From Podarcis filfolensis (lineage: Eukaryota), in assembly GCA_964270895.1 (NCBI GenBank), contig OZ185437.1: a DNA stretch of 64,000 nt; one strand, written 5' to 3'. The notes beneath the pieces are model-generated. The model was not told the DNA's origin. It worked only from the letters and a program-made list of their open reading frames with translations, and made no database searches. Below are positions 1 through 12,914 of the stretch, piece after piece. Within the stretch, counting starts at the first letter, position 1. The number at the start of each line of letters is the position of its first letter. Position numbers and translations under genes: made by a program.

Positions 1-140
1 GAATCATAGAATTAGAGTTGGAAGGGACCCCAAGGGCCATCTAGTCCAACCCCTTGCAATGAAAGAATCCAGCCCACAGCTGTCCCTGGGTGAGCTCAAA
101 CCACCAACCTTCTGGTTAACAGCCAGACACAATGACCCAT
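1..140 (-). mobile_element. CR1-tailed SINE or CR1 3' end
   Basis: gaatcatagaattagagttggaagggacc = reverse complement of the CR1 terminus. Confidence 0.7.
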
Positions 141-301
141 TGTCTTCTGAAGACTCTTTTATTTACTTTTTTGTCTTTGTACCCAATAAAAGGAGCACAT
201 ATAAATTGAAAATCTGGTAGGAACCTTTTCAGAAATGGCATAAAAACTTTGTAAGACAGACACATACACACTTTTCATTGCTTAACTAGGATTCTATAGA
301 G

Positions 302-439
302 CATGCTTGGCAAACTCGCCCCTCCAGATATTTGGGACTACAACTCCCATCATCCCTAGCTAACAGGACCAGTGGTCAGGGATGATGGGAGTTGTAGTCC
401 CAAAACATCTGGAGGGCTGAGTTTGCCTATCTATGCCTG
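302..439. mobile_element. Palindromic hAT MITE
   Basis: 8-bp TSD CTATAGAG. Long TIRs. Confidence 0.9.
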
Positions 440-1486
440 CTATAGAGGCGGGCCAGGTAACTTTTTCAGCTATATGAAAGAACAATTGTAGATAAACCAC
501 TTCTGTCATTGTACACATGCTTATGTATGTGTCAGATACCATCTTTGGTCAAACCAGTTTTGCAAGCTTTAAAAAGCAACATGTGCTCTCGGAAAGGCAA
601 AACTACAAAGAATATAGTGCCTGCTTTTTTGTTAAACAGAAAATGTCATGTAACCCTGCACCCTTATTACTGGAAGTCCTACCTACCTACCTTCCTTCCT
701 TCCTATCTACTATCTACCTATCTATTGATATAAAATTAATACAAATTGTATATAACTGGGGAGTTTGTTTTAGGGTAACATTTGACCATTTTATATGGCT
801 GTCTCATTGCTCCTGATCTGTCAGAGAAGATTTTGAGTTTCCCCCAACCTAAGATGTAGTCTGGGCTAGAGTTTGAAATTCTGCAGTGTATCTATTCATT
901 TTGAGGTGGCTCACCCCTTCGCCCTACCAATAAGAATAAAGGATGTGACTGACTCACTACCCACACCCAAAAAGAGCAGGCCCTTGTCATGGCGTGGCGG
1001 GTTCATTCTGCTCACATGTCCATGATGTACTTTTCTCCACCTACTAGTCCCGTGTGACAGCTTGACCAATAGCAGCACATATTTTAATTTAGTTTGTAGA
1101 AGTACACTTATGGGACAATGCTATACATGTCATGGATAAGAACCCAAATAATAAGAAGTGCATGCTTCCACTTTAAACTGCCATGTGTACACAGCCTGAT
1201 TTAGGAATGTGGCTTGCCTGGGTTTTTCAGATACGTAGATGGAAACTCTCCACAGCAGTATGAAGACAGTATGCTGTGAAGACCATAGTTATGTCCAATA
1301 TTATGCAGGAGTGGCAGGTGATGAAAACAGAGGAAAAGCAAGTTATTTTCTTTCTAGTTTCCAATCCTTACTTAACAGTAAGCCATCACCATGACTACCA
1401 CAGAGACCCTGGGGTCACAGTCAAAACACTGCATGCCACTCAATTCTATCCACACTTACTCAAATCTCATTGATCTCAACAGGGCC

Positions 1487-1838
1487 TAAAGGTAAAGGTA
1501 AAGGGACCCCTGACTGTTAGGTCCAGTCACGGATGACTCTGGGGTTGCGGCGCTCATCTAGCTTTACGGGCCGAGGGAGCCAATGTACAGCTTCCAGGTC
1601 ATGTGGCCGGCATGACTAAGCCGCTTCTGGCTAACCAGAACAGTGCACGGAAATGCCATTTCCCGCCGGAGTGGTACTTATTTATCTATTTGCACTTTGA
1701 CGTGCGTTTAAACTGCTAGGTGGGCAGGAGCAGGGACCAAGCAATGGGAGCTCACCCCGTTGCGGGGATTCAAACTGCTGACCTGCTGATCAGCAAGCCC
1801 TAGGCTCTGTGGTTTAGACCACAGCACCACCAGCTCCC
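1487..1838 (-). mobile_element. Sauria SINE (Squam1)
   Basis: (ACCTTT)n tail, tRNA-related head, characteristic body. Confidence 0.93.
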
Positions 1839-2447
1839 TAGTAAATCTGCATAGGACCGTGGTGCTGGGTAGTAAATTATGGGAAGGATTGAAAGTTTAA
1901 AAGGTACTAGAATTCAGGGATGTCCACTTGAATTGAATAGTGACAGGTTGATGTGAACCAAAATAAGTTTTAATCTTCAAACAATGCATGACTATTTTTT
2001 AAAAAATAACATTGACTTTTGAGTAAACATGCATGGGATTGGAGTGCACATCAAAACCATTAGCCATGATGCCTAAATGGAATTTCCATCTTTATAGGAA
2101 TATGTGTCTAAAAATTATTGATTTAGATCAACAATTGATTTTCAGCATCAACCAATCATATGTCTCTGTAGTTTGCATGCAGAACATGAAGAGGATGCCA
2201 TTCCCAGTTACTTGTTCCTAGCATTTGGTAAATAAACTGCATTCTGTTAAATTCTGGTGTTCCTTGGAAACTGATCAAGTGTTCCTTTATTCCTGCATTC
2301 CAGGGGGTTGGACTAGATGACCCTCAGGATTACATTCAACTCTACACTTCTGTGCTTCTATGAGAAGATCTGTAGTGGACAGTTTGTTTACACACCACTA
2401 CTGATCTAAAATCTGGATTTGTAGGGAGTGTTGAGTGTGTTTTAGGG

Positions 2448-2571
2448 TAAGATTACCAGATTTTTTTTCAATGAATCCGGGGACACTTTTCAACTTCAAT
2501 GGATTTTGTATGGGGACTGATTTGTAAATCCGGGGACTGTCCCCGGGAAACAGGGACACCTGGTAACCTTA
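2448..2571. mobile_element. hAT MITE (TIR TAAGGTTACCAG-like)
   Basis: 8-bp TSD TTTTAGGG. Confidence 0.85.
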
Positions 2572-2680
2572 TTTTAGGGTGCACTTTCAATGAAAAATTG
2601 GGAGATTTTGTAAGTCACAGGATTCATTGGCAGACAAGAAAATCAGTCAAAGTCTGCTGTGTTTAGATTGTGAAGTATTG

Positions 2681-2906
2681 TACAGTGGTACCTCGGGTTA
2701 CATATGCTTCAGGTTACATACATTTCAGGTTACAAACTCCGCTAACCCAGAAATAGTGCTTCAGGTTAAGAACTTTGCTTCAGAAATCGTGCTCCGGCAG
2801 CGCAGCGGCAGCAGGAGGCCCCATTAGCTAAAGTGGTGCTTCAGGTTAAGAACAGTTTCAGGTTAAGTACGGACCTCTGGGACGAATTAAGTACTTAACC
2901 CGAGGT
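2681..2906 (+). mobile_element. Tc1/mariner (Tigger/pogo-like) MITE
   Basis: TA-CAGTGGTACCTCGG TIR. Right TIR truncated. Confidence 0.85.
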
Positions 2907-3616
2907 GAAGAAGCACTCCTTTTAGCAGAAGTACAGAAACAGTAGCCCTCCAGAGGTTGGAGTCAGCATAGCAAACAGACAAGGATGATGCAGTAAAGTG
3001 ATATGTAGAGGGTCACAGGTTCCCCAATCACATTTTATATACTCGCCTATGTGTACCCACGAAAGATAAAGTACAGGTGAAATACAAATGTGGAAGCCCA
3101 TGCTGGAAGGAAATGATTTGAACGGGAACCATCCACAAGCAGGAGCAATGTTTGCAGAGAAATCCTTTGTAGGCTTCTTGGTCTCATTTGAACCAACACA
3201 GCCCAATGTTAGAATGTTGGACCACGACAAAGAGGACTAAAAGTTCAAATCACCACTCAGCCATGAATCCTAGTGAGTTGTCATGGGCCATTTACATAAA
3301 ATGGAGGAGCGGGGCATGTGCATCACCTTGAAGAAAAAGCAGGATGTGAATGTAATTAGAGCAACAGAGAGGGCGAGGTCTTCCAGTGGCAGCAAACAGG
3401 AAGCCCACAGCTTACAGGAGAAAAATAGACAGAGGAATCCAACTCTTAGTATTTGAAGTCTTTACCAGTATAAGTACCTAGGATGAGGGACAGAAATGAG
3501 GGTTATACTGAAAAGCTTTGCTAATCTAATAGGATATACCCTCAGATGTGACCAGCCTTACAACCACAGTTTGGACCATAGTGCTAGGCAGATACTGTTC
3601 CAATAAATGAGCAGCA

Positions 3617-3670
3617 AAAAAAAAAAAAAAATGAAAGAAAGAAAGAAAGAAAGAGAAAAAAGAAAGAATG
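3617..3670 (+). repeat. (A)n(GAAA)n microsatellite
   Basis: Direct reading. Confidence 0.9.
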
Positions 3671-4909
3671 AGAATTTGATCAGAATGTCCATTTGATATT
3701 CATGGGAAATGTTTCTCCAGACCCTTTGCTAAGCAGCAGGAATCTCTACAGACCTGGGATTTTACTCAGCTTTGGGACAAAGAGAAGCACAGCTCAAGAG
3801 GGATTAAATTTTATGATTATTTAGGAAAGATAATAAATTTCTTCTAAAAGGTTCTATCTTCTATAGTCTTCTATTTATTTAGGTGGGTTACTGAAAGAGA
3901 TGAATGTTACAAAGCAGAATTATCTCAAGCATGCCAAATCATCTAAAATGTGGACGAGGGAGCTGGGTGGGGGCGGTGGCAGCTTGTATAAAGTTGTATA
4001 AAGAACAACTTTATAACTTGTTTGTGAGGACTATGAAGCTGCAAGCCTGAAAGGAATGTTATCTTCATGCAAAACAGCATGTACCTGGGTAAAGAGGCAA
4101 GCATCACCTTTTGTCCTGCTAATATTGAAAGTCTGACTGAAGGGAAACCATTTATTGGTGATGAGGAAATACCTTTGTAATACATGGATTACTTACCCAG
4201 TGAATGCTCTTGTGTGTTTCATTCTTAAATCTTTAAATTTAATTGTAAATCTTTTTAGGAGTCTTTTCCTTAGGAAAATTGGAGCCAGTCATTTTGGCTA
4301 TCATAGCAACTTATTTCAGCATAGTTGCAAATGTTTTCTGTGAGGGCAAACTGCTGTGAATTTGACTGGCCTGATCACTGAATAGCCAGCATCTTTAACA
4401 AAAGAGTCCTAATGTTTCTTAATGACTGTGGATATTTCCTGAATGGGCAATTCATCTGAATGAATGAGGCACAGACCTGTGCCCTGGAGAGAAGGGTATG
4501 AGAAACAGCAGTTTTGCATTTGAAATGGGCAAAGAAAGAAAGTGAGCTGAGATCTAGAAGAAAAATAAGCTCTCTAGTAACACAAGGGGTGCAGCATTCC
4601 CCATCCCTGTTTTGAGTCTGGGCACAATCTTACCACCTGTTTACAATGGAAGATCTTAATAATAATTATCTATTTACAGTGTGCATGTTCCTCGTCTGAA
4701 GAACTATAGCAGACTCCATATATATATGAGATTAGACAGTATGGCATCCAAAGTATGTAGCTTCCAGACTGATTTGAGCAGCATCAACACTCAGGATTCT
4801 GCCATGGACATCAGAGTTCAGGCTTCCAGGATCTACTATTTTATTTTTATTTTTACTAAAACCATGAGAGGCACCATCCAGAATTTGGTACAAAAGTCAA
4901 TATACTAAC

Positions 4910-5000
4910 AGTGCCATTCTAGCCATGTCTACTCACAAGTAACTCCTATTGAATTCAATGTGGCTTAATCCCAGGTTAAGTGGGGCTAGGACTGTAGCAA
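4910..5000. repeat. Short palindromic interspersed repeat (related copies near 11154-11250, 19950-20005, 20100-20160)
   Basis: Shared gtctactca.aagta..cc.attgaattcaa...cccagg..aagt..ggg..agga motif in both orientations. Confidence 0.55.
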
Positions 5001-5140
5001 TAGAATTAAAAAACTGAGCACAGGAATTTTAGTACCAGAACTGCATAGAGCTCACAACTCTTTCACATAAAAATCCACCCCTGCTTACCCCAAGCTTCAT
5101 TTCAGCAGTAAAAAGATGGAAGGGGGAGTCATTCATTTGC

Positions 5141-5797
5141 TTGTTGTTGTTGTTTAGTTGTGTCCGACTCTTCGTGACCCCATGGACCAGAGCACGCCAG
5201 ACACTCCTGTCTTCCACTGTCTCCCGCAGTTTGGTCAAACTCATGTTGGTAGCTTTGAGAACACTGTCCAACCATCTCGTCCTCTGTCATCCCCTTCTCC
5301 TTGTGCCCTCCATCTTTCCCAGCACCAGGGTCATTTCCAGGGAGTCTTCTCTTCGCATGATGTGGCCAAAATATTGGAGCCTCAGCTTCAGGATCTGTTC
5401 TTCCAGTGAACACTCAGGGCTGATTTCCTTCAGAATGGATAGGTTTGATCTTCTTGCAGTCCATGGGACTCGCAAGAGTCTCCTCCAGCACCATAATTCA
5501 AAAGCACTAATTCTTCGGCAATCAGCCTTCTTTATGGTCCAGCTCTCACTTCCATACATCACTCCTGGGAAAACCATAGCTTTAACAATATGGACCTTTG
5601 TTGGCAAGGTGATGTCTCTGCTTTTTAAGATGCTCTCTAGGTTTGTCATTGCTTTTCTCCCAAGAAGCAGGTGTCTTTTAATTTTGTGACTGCTGTGATC
5701 ATGGAACCCAAGAAAGTAAAATCTCTCACTGCCTCCATTTCTTCCCCTTCTATTTGCCAGGAGGTGATGGGGCCCATTGCCATGATCTTAGTTTTTT
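5141..5797 (-). mobile_element. Bov-B (RTE) LINE 3' fragment
   Basis: ORF 5287-5649(-) KSRDITLPTKVHIVKAMVFP..ESWTIKKA..FELWCWRRLLRVPW is typical Bov-B RT C-terminus. (CAA)n tail. Confidence 0.95.
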
Positions 5798-6729
5798 GCT
5801 ACTGTTTTTTGCTACATTTGCTACTGTTGCTAAATAACTGGGAGTCAGAAATCCTCACGGATCAACTGGAAATCACCCAGAAATCTGTTAGTAAATACAA
5901 ATGTACTTTCTGCCCATCCCTGCTATATACACTTACCTGGTGGTAAGTCCAATTGACCTTAACAACACTTACTTCTATGTCTAGGAGTGCAACCAAGATT
6001 GAATTTCTGTGTGTTCATCAGCTATAAAAGACCCAGAGCTTTTGACTGAGAAAAAGATAGTATGCCTAATTAGGGAGAAAATTTATATTATTGTTATTTG
6101 GGCACATGCTTCTGAATTAAATCATACTTCAAACAGCTTGTCGATGCTGCCAAGGAGGTTTCCGCCAGCAAAGAACCAGAACATCCCTCCTCTGCAGCTG
6201 GTCAAGTCAGTGTGCATGGGGCTCAGTGTTGGTGGGTTTTTTTTCCCTTCTCCTGCAAAATGACAACTTACCTAAAGTGGGGTTTGGTTTTGTTTTTTCT
6301 TACAGCACACTTATGCTAAGGTGATTAGAAAAAAGTCTCTAAAAATGCCCTTCTCCCCCTTCTGCTAGACCTTCTTGCCCTCCCTTCTAGCAAACCCGTA
6401 CCTTGGGCCTGAGAGCATAAAGTGTGCGTGTGAGAAAGTGCGCGCGCGCATATTGCTTTGGAACTGGAGAGCACTTTAGGCAAGCAGTGCAATGCAATGC
6501 AGCCGCTATGTGTACGATATATATAGGAACAAGAAACACAGCGCATTTCAAACTGCTCCCCGTGCATTTGTTTCCTGATATTTCCCCATGCCCGCTTTCT
6601 TAAGCACCCTCTCCTACGAGAGCACCGCAATGCAAGAACACGTAGGAACGGACCGACACACAGAAATCCGCCTGTGCGCGTTGCCACCACGGAGGCGCTG
6701 GAGAGGGAGAAGGCCTGTGAAGCTCCAGT

Positions 6730-6743
6730 GTCTCCATGGCAAC
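6730..6743. promoter_or_regulatory. RFX X-box GTCTCCATGGCAAC
   Basis: Fits the X-box consensus, 15 nt before the ATG of a motile-cilia gene. An additional GTTGCC half-site at 6680-6685. Confidence 0.75.
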
Positions 6744-6758
6744 CGCTAAGGAAACAGC

Positions 6759-6792
6759 ATGGCGACTGAGGACAAGGAAGCCGCTGCAGCGG
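6759..6792 (+). CDS. EFCAB2: EFCAB2 coding exon 1 (MATEDKEAAAA + G of split codon)
   Basis: Strong Kozak agcATGG in a CpG island, donor G|GTAAGG at 6793. The phase-1 split joins exon 2 to give Glu. N-terminus resembles the recalled human MADEKDRE. Confidence 0.85.
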
Positions 6793-7199
6793 GTAAGGGC
6801 AAAGCCTCCGGGAGGCTGAGGAAAAGCAGCTGAGGCTGAGGAAAAGGAGGCTGATTCTCTCGGCCTTTATCCCCTGTGCTATCCTTAGGCTTTGTCTTGC
6901 GGAGTAGTAGTGAAGCCCAGAAAACACAGGCTGGGCGGGCGGGTCGGAGCCCCGCTGGGTCTACGCGCACGCCTGTCTCCCTCCCACCCTGCAAGATGGC
7001 ACGTTCATCTCCAACATGGCAGAAGAATTCAGCAGGATGCCTTTTGAGAGCAGCCCCAAAATGTGGGTGTTGCAGAACTGCCTGAATGCGAAACTTGCTT
7101 CACATCCCGCGCTGGAAATATTGGTCCGCTGCCTTCACACTGTCACACGCAATTTCTTCAGCTCTTTAACTGCTTGACGCACATATTTCCCATATTTCA

Positions 7200-7333
7200 C
7201 AGAATCGTAAGAGTTTGAAGGGACCTCCCCACAAGATCATCTTACCCTACCCATGGCAACCCAGGAATCTTTTCCCCAACACGGGCACAACTGTGAGATT
7301 AAGAGTCTCATTCCCTCTCAACTGAGCTATCCC
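7200..7333 (-). mobile_element. tRNA-Lys-headed, CR1-tailed SINE
   Basis: Reverse strand has gggatagctcagttg...gagactcttaatctc (tRNA-Lys CTT-like) and the CR1 tail. Confidence 0.7.
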
Positions 7334-7504
7334 ATATAGTTTTATTTTGCTTAACAAAATCATCAGTATTAAAAATATAATGTGCTTTTTATAAGCAGGG
7401 CACAATTCAGTTTGCTGGGGAAACCCAGTCAGACGGGGTGGGGCATAAATAATAAATATTATTACTTATGTCAGAGGCGTTTCACAATAATTCACATTTA
7501 TCTG

Positions 7505-7728
7505 TACAGCCATACTTCGGGATAAATGTGCTTCAAGTTAAGTATTTTTGGGTTGCGCTCTGTGGTGACTCGGAAGTAACGGAGAGCATTTCGTCGTGCG
7601 CGCATGCGCAGACGGTCAAAATGACATCACACACATGCGTGGAAGCGGTGAAACGCGGCCCGCGTTTGCTTCAGGATGCGAATGGGGCTCCGGAACAGAT
7701 CCCGTTCGCATCCCGAGGTACCACTGTA
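7505..7728. mobile_element. Tc1/mariner MITE (other subfamily)
   Basis: Ends gaggtaccactg-TA. Left TIR degenerate. Confidence 0.75.
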
Positions 7729-7830
7729 TGCAATAAATAGATGCCCTTTTTGGACAGTCGTGTCACATATTACATTTCTCCAGGGCTGAAAGTAGCTACA
7801 TGTTTTGCCCAGCATAACAACAGTGTATTC

Positions 7831-7955
7831 CCATCCGCCCCAGCTGCAACAAAACATGTCTCTCCCATATCAGTCTCTACAGCCACAGGAGGTGCTGTAA
7901 CTCTCCAGTGGTTTGACTTCACCCTCAAAGGTGCACTCTTCCATTTTCTCCTGAG
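7831..7955. repeat. Unclassified 125-bp repeat, second copy 21251-21375
   Basis: Gap-free alignment by eye, roughly 80% identical. Confidence 0.8.
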
Positions 7956-8077
7956 ACAGATACCTACCGAAATCTACATTAGCATGTGTGATTTGGTGGG
8001 CTATAAATTCTTTTTTGTCGGTTAGTAGGTTTAGTGGGCATATTTGTATAGCAAAAATAAAATACACTGGGTTAGGC

Positions 8078-8201
8078 TATGGGCGTAGCCAGGTTGAATG
8101 TTACGGAGGGGAGTGCAGGACCTCAGTTAAGTATTTTTACTGATTTACTTGATTGGGGGGGAGCTGTCCCCTGCCCCCCCCCCTTGGCCAAGCCTAACTT
8201 G
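8078..8201. mobile_element. hAT MITE (TIR CATGGGCGTAGC-like)
   Basis: TSD ggttaggc/ggctaggc. Confidence 0.65.
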
Positions 8202-9126
8202 GGCTAGGCTCAAGTTGTAAATCCCATTGATTTATATAAGATTTAAATTTAAGTGTTTAATTGCCACTTATTTAAAAGGTGTATAAACATGCATACATAA
8301 TCTTCTCTAAATTCCCTATCTAAAATAGGTGCCCTATACAGCTGATTAACAGAGTGTGTGCATGGTAGTGATTCACCTTGTTTGGTGTTATAACTTCTTA
8401 GTTTAAAACTTTAAATATTAGGAAGATGGGAAATTTCCACACTTCTCCCCAGCAATTATTTAATATTTCAGAAGACTTCAGGAATGATCTAGTCTTCTGT
8501 TGGATATTGCCAATAAAAAAGCTGAACACAAGAAAGATAAAAGCTTTTTTTATAAATTGATTTGATGACTGGTTCTCAGAAATGTGGTAAACAGCATTTC
8601 CCTAAAAGCTCACTTTCAGAATTATATGATACACAAGTCTTGGTCCTACTTTTTATTCTGTGAACCGATGCTCCTGTATAAATTAGAAATTTCAGTAGAT
8701 GTTCTTTGTCTCTCTTTGAGCAATAACAGTCACAGTATTGACTAATAATTAATCTTCAGGGTATTGTCATGCACAGTTTCCAAGAGCTTTCAAGGTTAAA
8801 GCATCTCTTGAGTCTTATTACCTTGAAATATTCTTTGTATGTCATTTTGATCAAGGTTTTGATATACAAAACATTTCGTCTACAATAATCTTCTTGAACT
8901 CAGTGAGACTGCTGATAAGTTAGTACTCTTTTAATTGTGGATATATTCTCATAGACATATGATGAATGGCTCAACCATGAGCCATTTCATCAGTTGTCAT
9001 GTTTATTATGCTCTCAGTTGCAATGTTTAAGGCAATGACTATTATTAGGCATATATCATACTTTTTTTTTTTTACTTCAGAAAGGTAAAATGGCTTTTGT
9101 GACATGTAAAGTAAGGTTTCTCTAAC

Positions 9127-9270
9127 TAGGGTTGCCATATTCTGAAGAGCAAAAAAGAGGACACATTTGCGGACTTCTACTTTTAACAATGGATCGCTAT
9201 GACGACTCTCATTTTACATACCCATGAAAAAGAGGACATGTCCTGAAAAAAGAGGACATATGGTGACTTG
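9127..9270. mobile_element. MITE with TAGGGTTGCCATA TIR
   Basis: Left TIR clear, right TIR degenerate (tatggtgacttg). Confidence 0.6.
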
Positions 9271-9699
9271 CCCCTGTTGATAGTGCACAAGTATCAGTCC
9301 ACGGTGTAGAATCTTGAATTGGGTCACAAATTTGTCTTGTGAACATTGCCAGGCATGGCTATATCCTTACATCCAATACTGCATTTATTTGCCTTGTTGG
9401 TTACTGGCAGAAATACCCAAACGTACATATATTTGCTCCCATGGGTGGTCCATTTCGATCAAATGAAATTGCATTTGCAAGTAAAAGTAGTGCAAGTTTT
9501 TTGCAGTTCATACATTTTTGTTAGTTTGGACTGAAATCATGTATTCCTAACTATTCTCATGTTAGCTCTGCTGAGTTTAGTAGCAGTTCCTTCACTGTAA
9601 GTGCTTATGAATGCTTTAGGATCACTGCTTTGCCTCAAGAGCCCAGTGTACCATGGAAACAGGAGTTGCTCCACCTCAAGAGGTTGCTGTGCTGTGAAG

Positions 9700-10075
9700 A
9701 CAGGAGTAAACTAAGAAATCTGAGTCCTGAGCTGTTGGGAATGCTGTTCCACAGAACAGAGGCAACCACACTAAAAGCCCTACTCTGAGTTACTGCAGAG
9801 CGGTTTCTGAGATGTATGAAACTTGCAGGAGAAACTCTCCCAAGGATTGCAGTGATCTGCTGAGGGTATAACGCCATCTCTCAAGTAACCTGATCCTGAG
9901 CTGTATAGGGCATTATAGGCTAGTGCCAACACCTTGAACTTGGACCAGTAGCAAATTGGCAGCCATTGCAAATCCTACAAGCAGAGTGTAGTTTGTGCCC
10001 GAATGAACCTACTGTAGCCACTGCTGCAGCCTCTGGACCAACACCAAGAGTCGGCCCACGTAGAGTGAATTTACT
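9700..10075 (-). mobile_element. Degenerate L2 fragment
   Basis: QWLPICYWSKFKVLALAYNAL resembles L2 HWLP..FK.L...YKAL. Confidence 0.65.
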
Positions 10076-10364
10076 ATGCTATGAGCACCCTGTGATCCCT
10101 GAAAGCATATGCTACAATGCATTTGCTAAATTTGAAAGCTGCCACAAGATTCTTTGTTGGTTTTGCTGCAACAGATGGACATGGCTACCATTCTGGAAGT
10201 CCTTATTCTGAAAATTAACATGGAAAAAGAATACAACATGGGCTGTCACATTTCAGAGTTAAGTTAGATTCCCCCCCCCCATCAGCTGTCTGGTTTATTC
10301 TCTTTACCAGTTGGGGTACTGTCATTATTATTATCCAAGCTAAACAATGTTTCCATGCACTCTG

Positions 10365-10467
10365 GCACTCGTCATGGTGTCCCATTGTGCCAGAAGCAGT
10401 TTAGTCATGCTGGCCACATGACCTGGAAAACTAACTGTAGACAAACACTGGCACCCTCAGCCTGAAG
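10365..10467 (+). mobile_element. Old Sauria SINE fragment
   Basis: gccagaagcagtttagtcatgctggccacatgacctggaa matches the SINE core. Confidence 0.65.
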
Positions 10468-12212
10468 CGTCCAGGGGTCTTTTACCTTATGCAAGGGAAT
10501 AGCATAAAAACTACTGGGTACTGTTGAGAACAGTCAGAAAAGCTGATCTGAAAATTCCTGCCTTCCCTATCCTCAAAGAGATGGAACCAATATAACTTAC
10601 TAAGAGTCACCTAAAATTTCCCAAATATCTGGGACCACTGCTGATAATATTTTATTAGGGTTGCAACCTATGTGAATTAATGCAATTTGCATAGTTTATA
10701 CCATGACAAATAATCACGTTAAATTAAAACTCATTATAAAGCTACCCTTTAATTATCAAGTTTAAAATGCTGTGAATAAAAGGTCTATAGTTCTGGAAGT
10801 AAGTATGAATAATTTCACCGCTTACTATCAAGCTAAAAAACCACACACATCGTAGCCAAAAAATAAATAAATTAAGAAAAATGTATATAGAATATACAAT
10901 GTTCTTTATTGCAAGGAAATGAACAAATAATAAATGTATAAACACTACTATTAAATTCTTAGGCCAGTTCTAATATGCTGTGTTACAGTATTAGCCAAAT
11001 GCAGTATTAGCCAAATGCATCTTAATCAGTATTCCAGTGTATTCTCAAAAACACAACTGTTCAACAGGCTTTGACTTCTAGCATATAACCACTTAAAGAA
11101 AATGGACAAAACACTCCAAACCTTCCTTGTACAAAGATGTCCTCAATCAGCAGTAAGGGTGCAATCCTAACCCCACTTACCTGAATTCAAGTTCCACTGA
11201 ATTCAACAAGACCTGCTTCTGAGTAGACATCATTAGCATGGTGCTGTAAATTATCCTTCACTGTAACTTGCAATAGAGTAGCTAGTGCTAGTACTACTCC
11301 AAACAGATCCATTAACATTAATAGACATGGCTAACTTAGGTTCATTAATTTCACCGGGTCTCTTCTGAGTAGAACTTAGTTGGGTACAATCCAGTGTCAA
11401 CCTATCCTGGTTAATTAGTATATTCAGCACCCTCGTCATGAAAATTTATTTATATCAAAATCTTCAGTAAGTATGCATGCAGATCTTTTATGCCTTTAGA
11501 CCTAAAATGCATTTTAATAAATGAATAAATAGCTGGTGTGTAGGTAACTGGATGTGGTCTGTGGTGTGACAGACACCAGTTGCCATGGTTTGATCTGAAT
11601 CAGCTATGGGGATGTGCTATTTTCCACTGTGAAGAAGGCTCCCATTACTACCAACAGGAGCTTGCCTTCCACTGCAAATAGCTGATGGAGCAGGGGACGG
11701 ACTCTGGTTCTGCTTGGGACTGTGGCGGGGCAAATGCTTAAAACCCCCAAACATCAATGCCCAGATTTTTTATTTTTTTAAAAAATCATGCTTTCCAAGG
11801 TTAGAGATGTGAAAATGCATTTAGTTTAGCCCTAAGATGACTAGGATGAGGGAGGCAACATCTTTCCGAAATGTCATTACCAATTGGAGTTTTTCAGAAA
11901 TGATTAAAGGGACAGATTCAAAGAAAGCGGATTGAGAAATTTAAATTACATTTCACCGACTTTCTGTTTTACTTGATATACTGCCTTCACACAAAGGAAA
12001 TTGTTTTCAGAGCAGCTCACAACACACAAAGTAAACAAACAAAACTTATAAATAATATGTTTTGCTAAATGCCTTATCTGATAAAGAATTACAGAGAACT
12101 CAGAAGATTCCTCACTGTTTTATGACACTTTGGTTGGTTATAAGAAAGATCTTGTCATACTGTGGACAAGAGAAATTATATATAACACATTCATTATTGT
12201 TTCATTTTGCAG

Positions 12213-12297
12213 AGTCTGCAATAACTGAAATCCATAAGAAGATCACCGAGGCCTTTGAGGTGTTTGACCATGAGTGTAATAAAACTGTGGATGTCAG
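12213..12297 (+). CDS. EFCAB2: EFCAB2 coding exon 2 (ESAITEIHKKITEAFEVFDHECNKTVDVR), EF-hand 1
   Basis: Acceptor ttttgcag, donor AG|GTCTGG, 85 nt. Translation matches the recalled EFCAB2 KKIxEAFEVFDHExNxTVDVR. Confidence 0.95.
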
Positions 12298-12378
12298 GTC
12301 TGGAAGATCTTATTTCAGAACTATTACAATGTAACAGTGTTTTAGAGTGCAAGAAACCAGAGTTGGTGTATATTGGTA

Positions 12379-12617
12379 TACAGTGGAACCTCAGGTTAAG
12401 AACTTAATTCATTCTGGAGGTCCGTTCTTAAGCTGAAACTGTTCTTAACCTGAGGTACCACTTTAGCTAATGGGGCCTCCCGCTGTCTCCGCGCCGCTGC
12501 TGCGCGATTTCTGTTCTTATCCTGAAGCAAAGTTCTTAATCCGAGGTACTATTTTTGGGTTAGTGGAGTCTGTAACCTGAAGCATCTGTAAACTGAAGCG
12601 CCTGAGGTACCACTGTA
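12379..12617 (-). mobile_element. Tc1/mariner MITE
   Basis: TA-CAGTGG...CCACTG-TA. Confidence 0.9.
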
Positions 12618-12914
12618 CATTTGCCCTAGGGCTTGTGAATTAGCCTCACTCCTTTTGAGGCAGCAGCAGCTGCCATTGACACTGCCTTGCCAGCACTCCG
12701 GGGAAGCTCCCGAACTATACAGTGGCTTTTAGGGGGCAATGAGTGGATGGAGGTGGGGACTAGGCAGCTGGTAGTTTCCCTTTGCCTTATCTGAAGTACT
12801 CTTGGAATACTTCTGGCATCAGCACAAACTTAAAGGCATTTGTAAAGTGTTTCGGAGGCAAGGATGACGGAACTGTATAGGATGCCTTTTTAGCTATTTC
12901 AGTTTCTAGAAAGG

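Larger units (their letters stand above)
6420..7130. promoter_or_regulatory. CpG island / EFCAB2 promoter and exon 1 region
   Basis: Visible CpG and GC enrichment around the EFCAB2 start. Boundaries approximate. Confidence 0.75.

Noticed and set aside
5141-5689. 182-aa plus-strand ORF
   Set aside because: Antisense frame of Bov-B.
6325-6927. 200-aa minus-strand ORF over the EFCAB2 promoter
   Set aside because: No recognisable domain. Long stop-free frames are expected in GC-rich CpG islands.
7247-7260. Second X-box-like sequence ctacccatggcaac
   Set aside because: Lies within a CR1-tailed SINE and the 5' half-site is poor.
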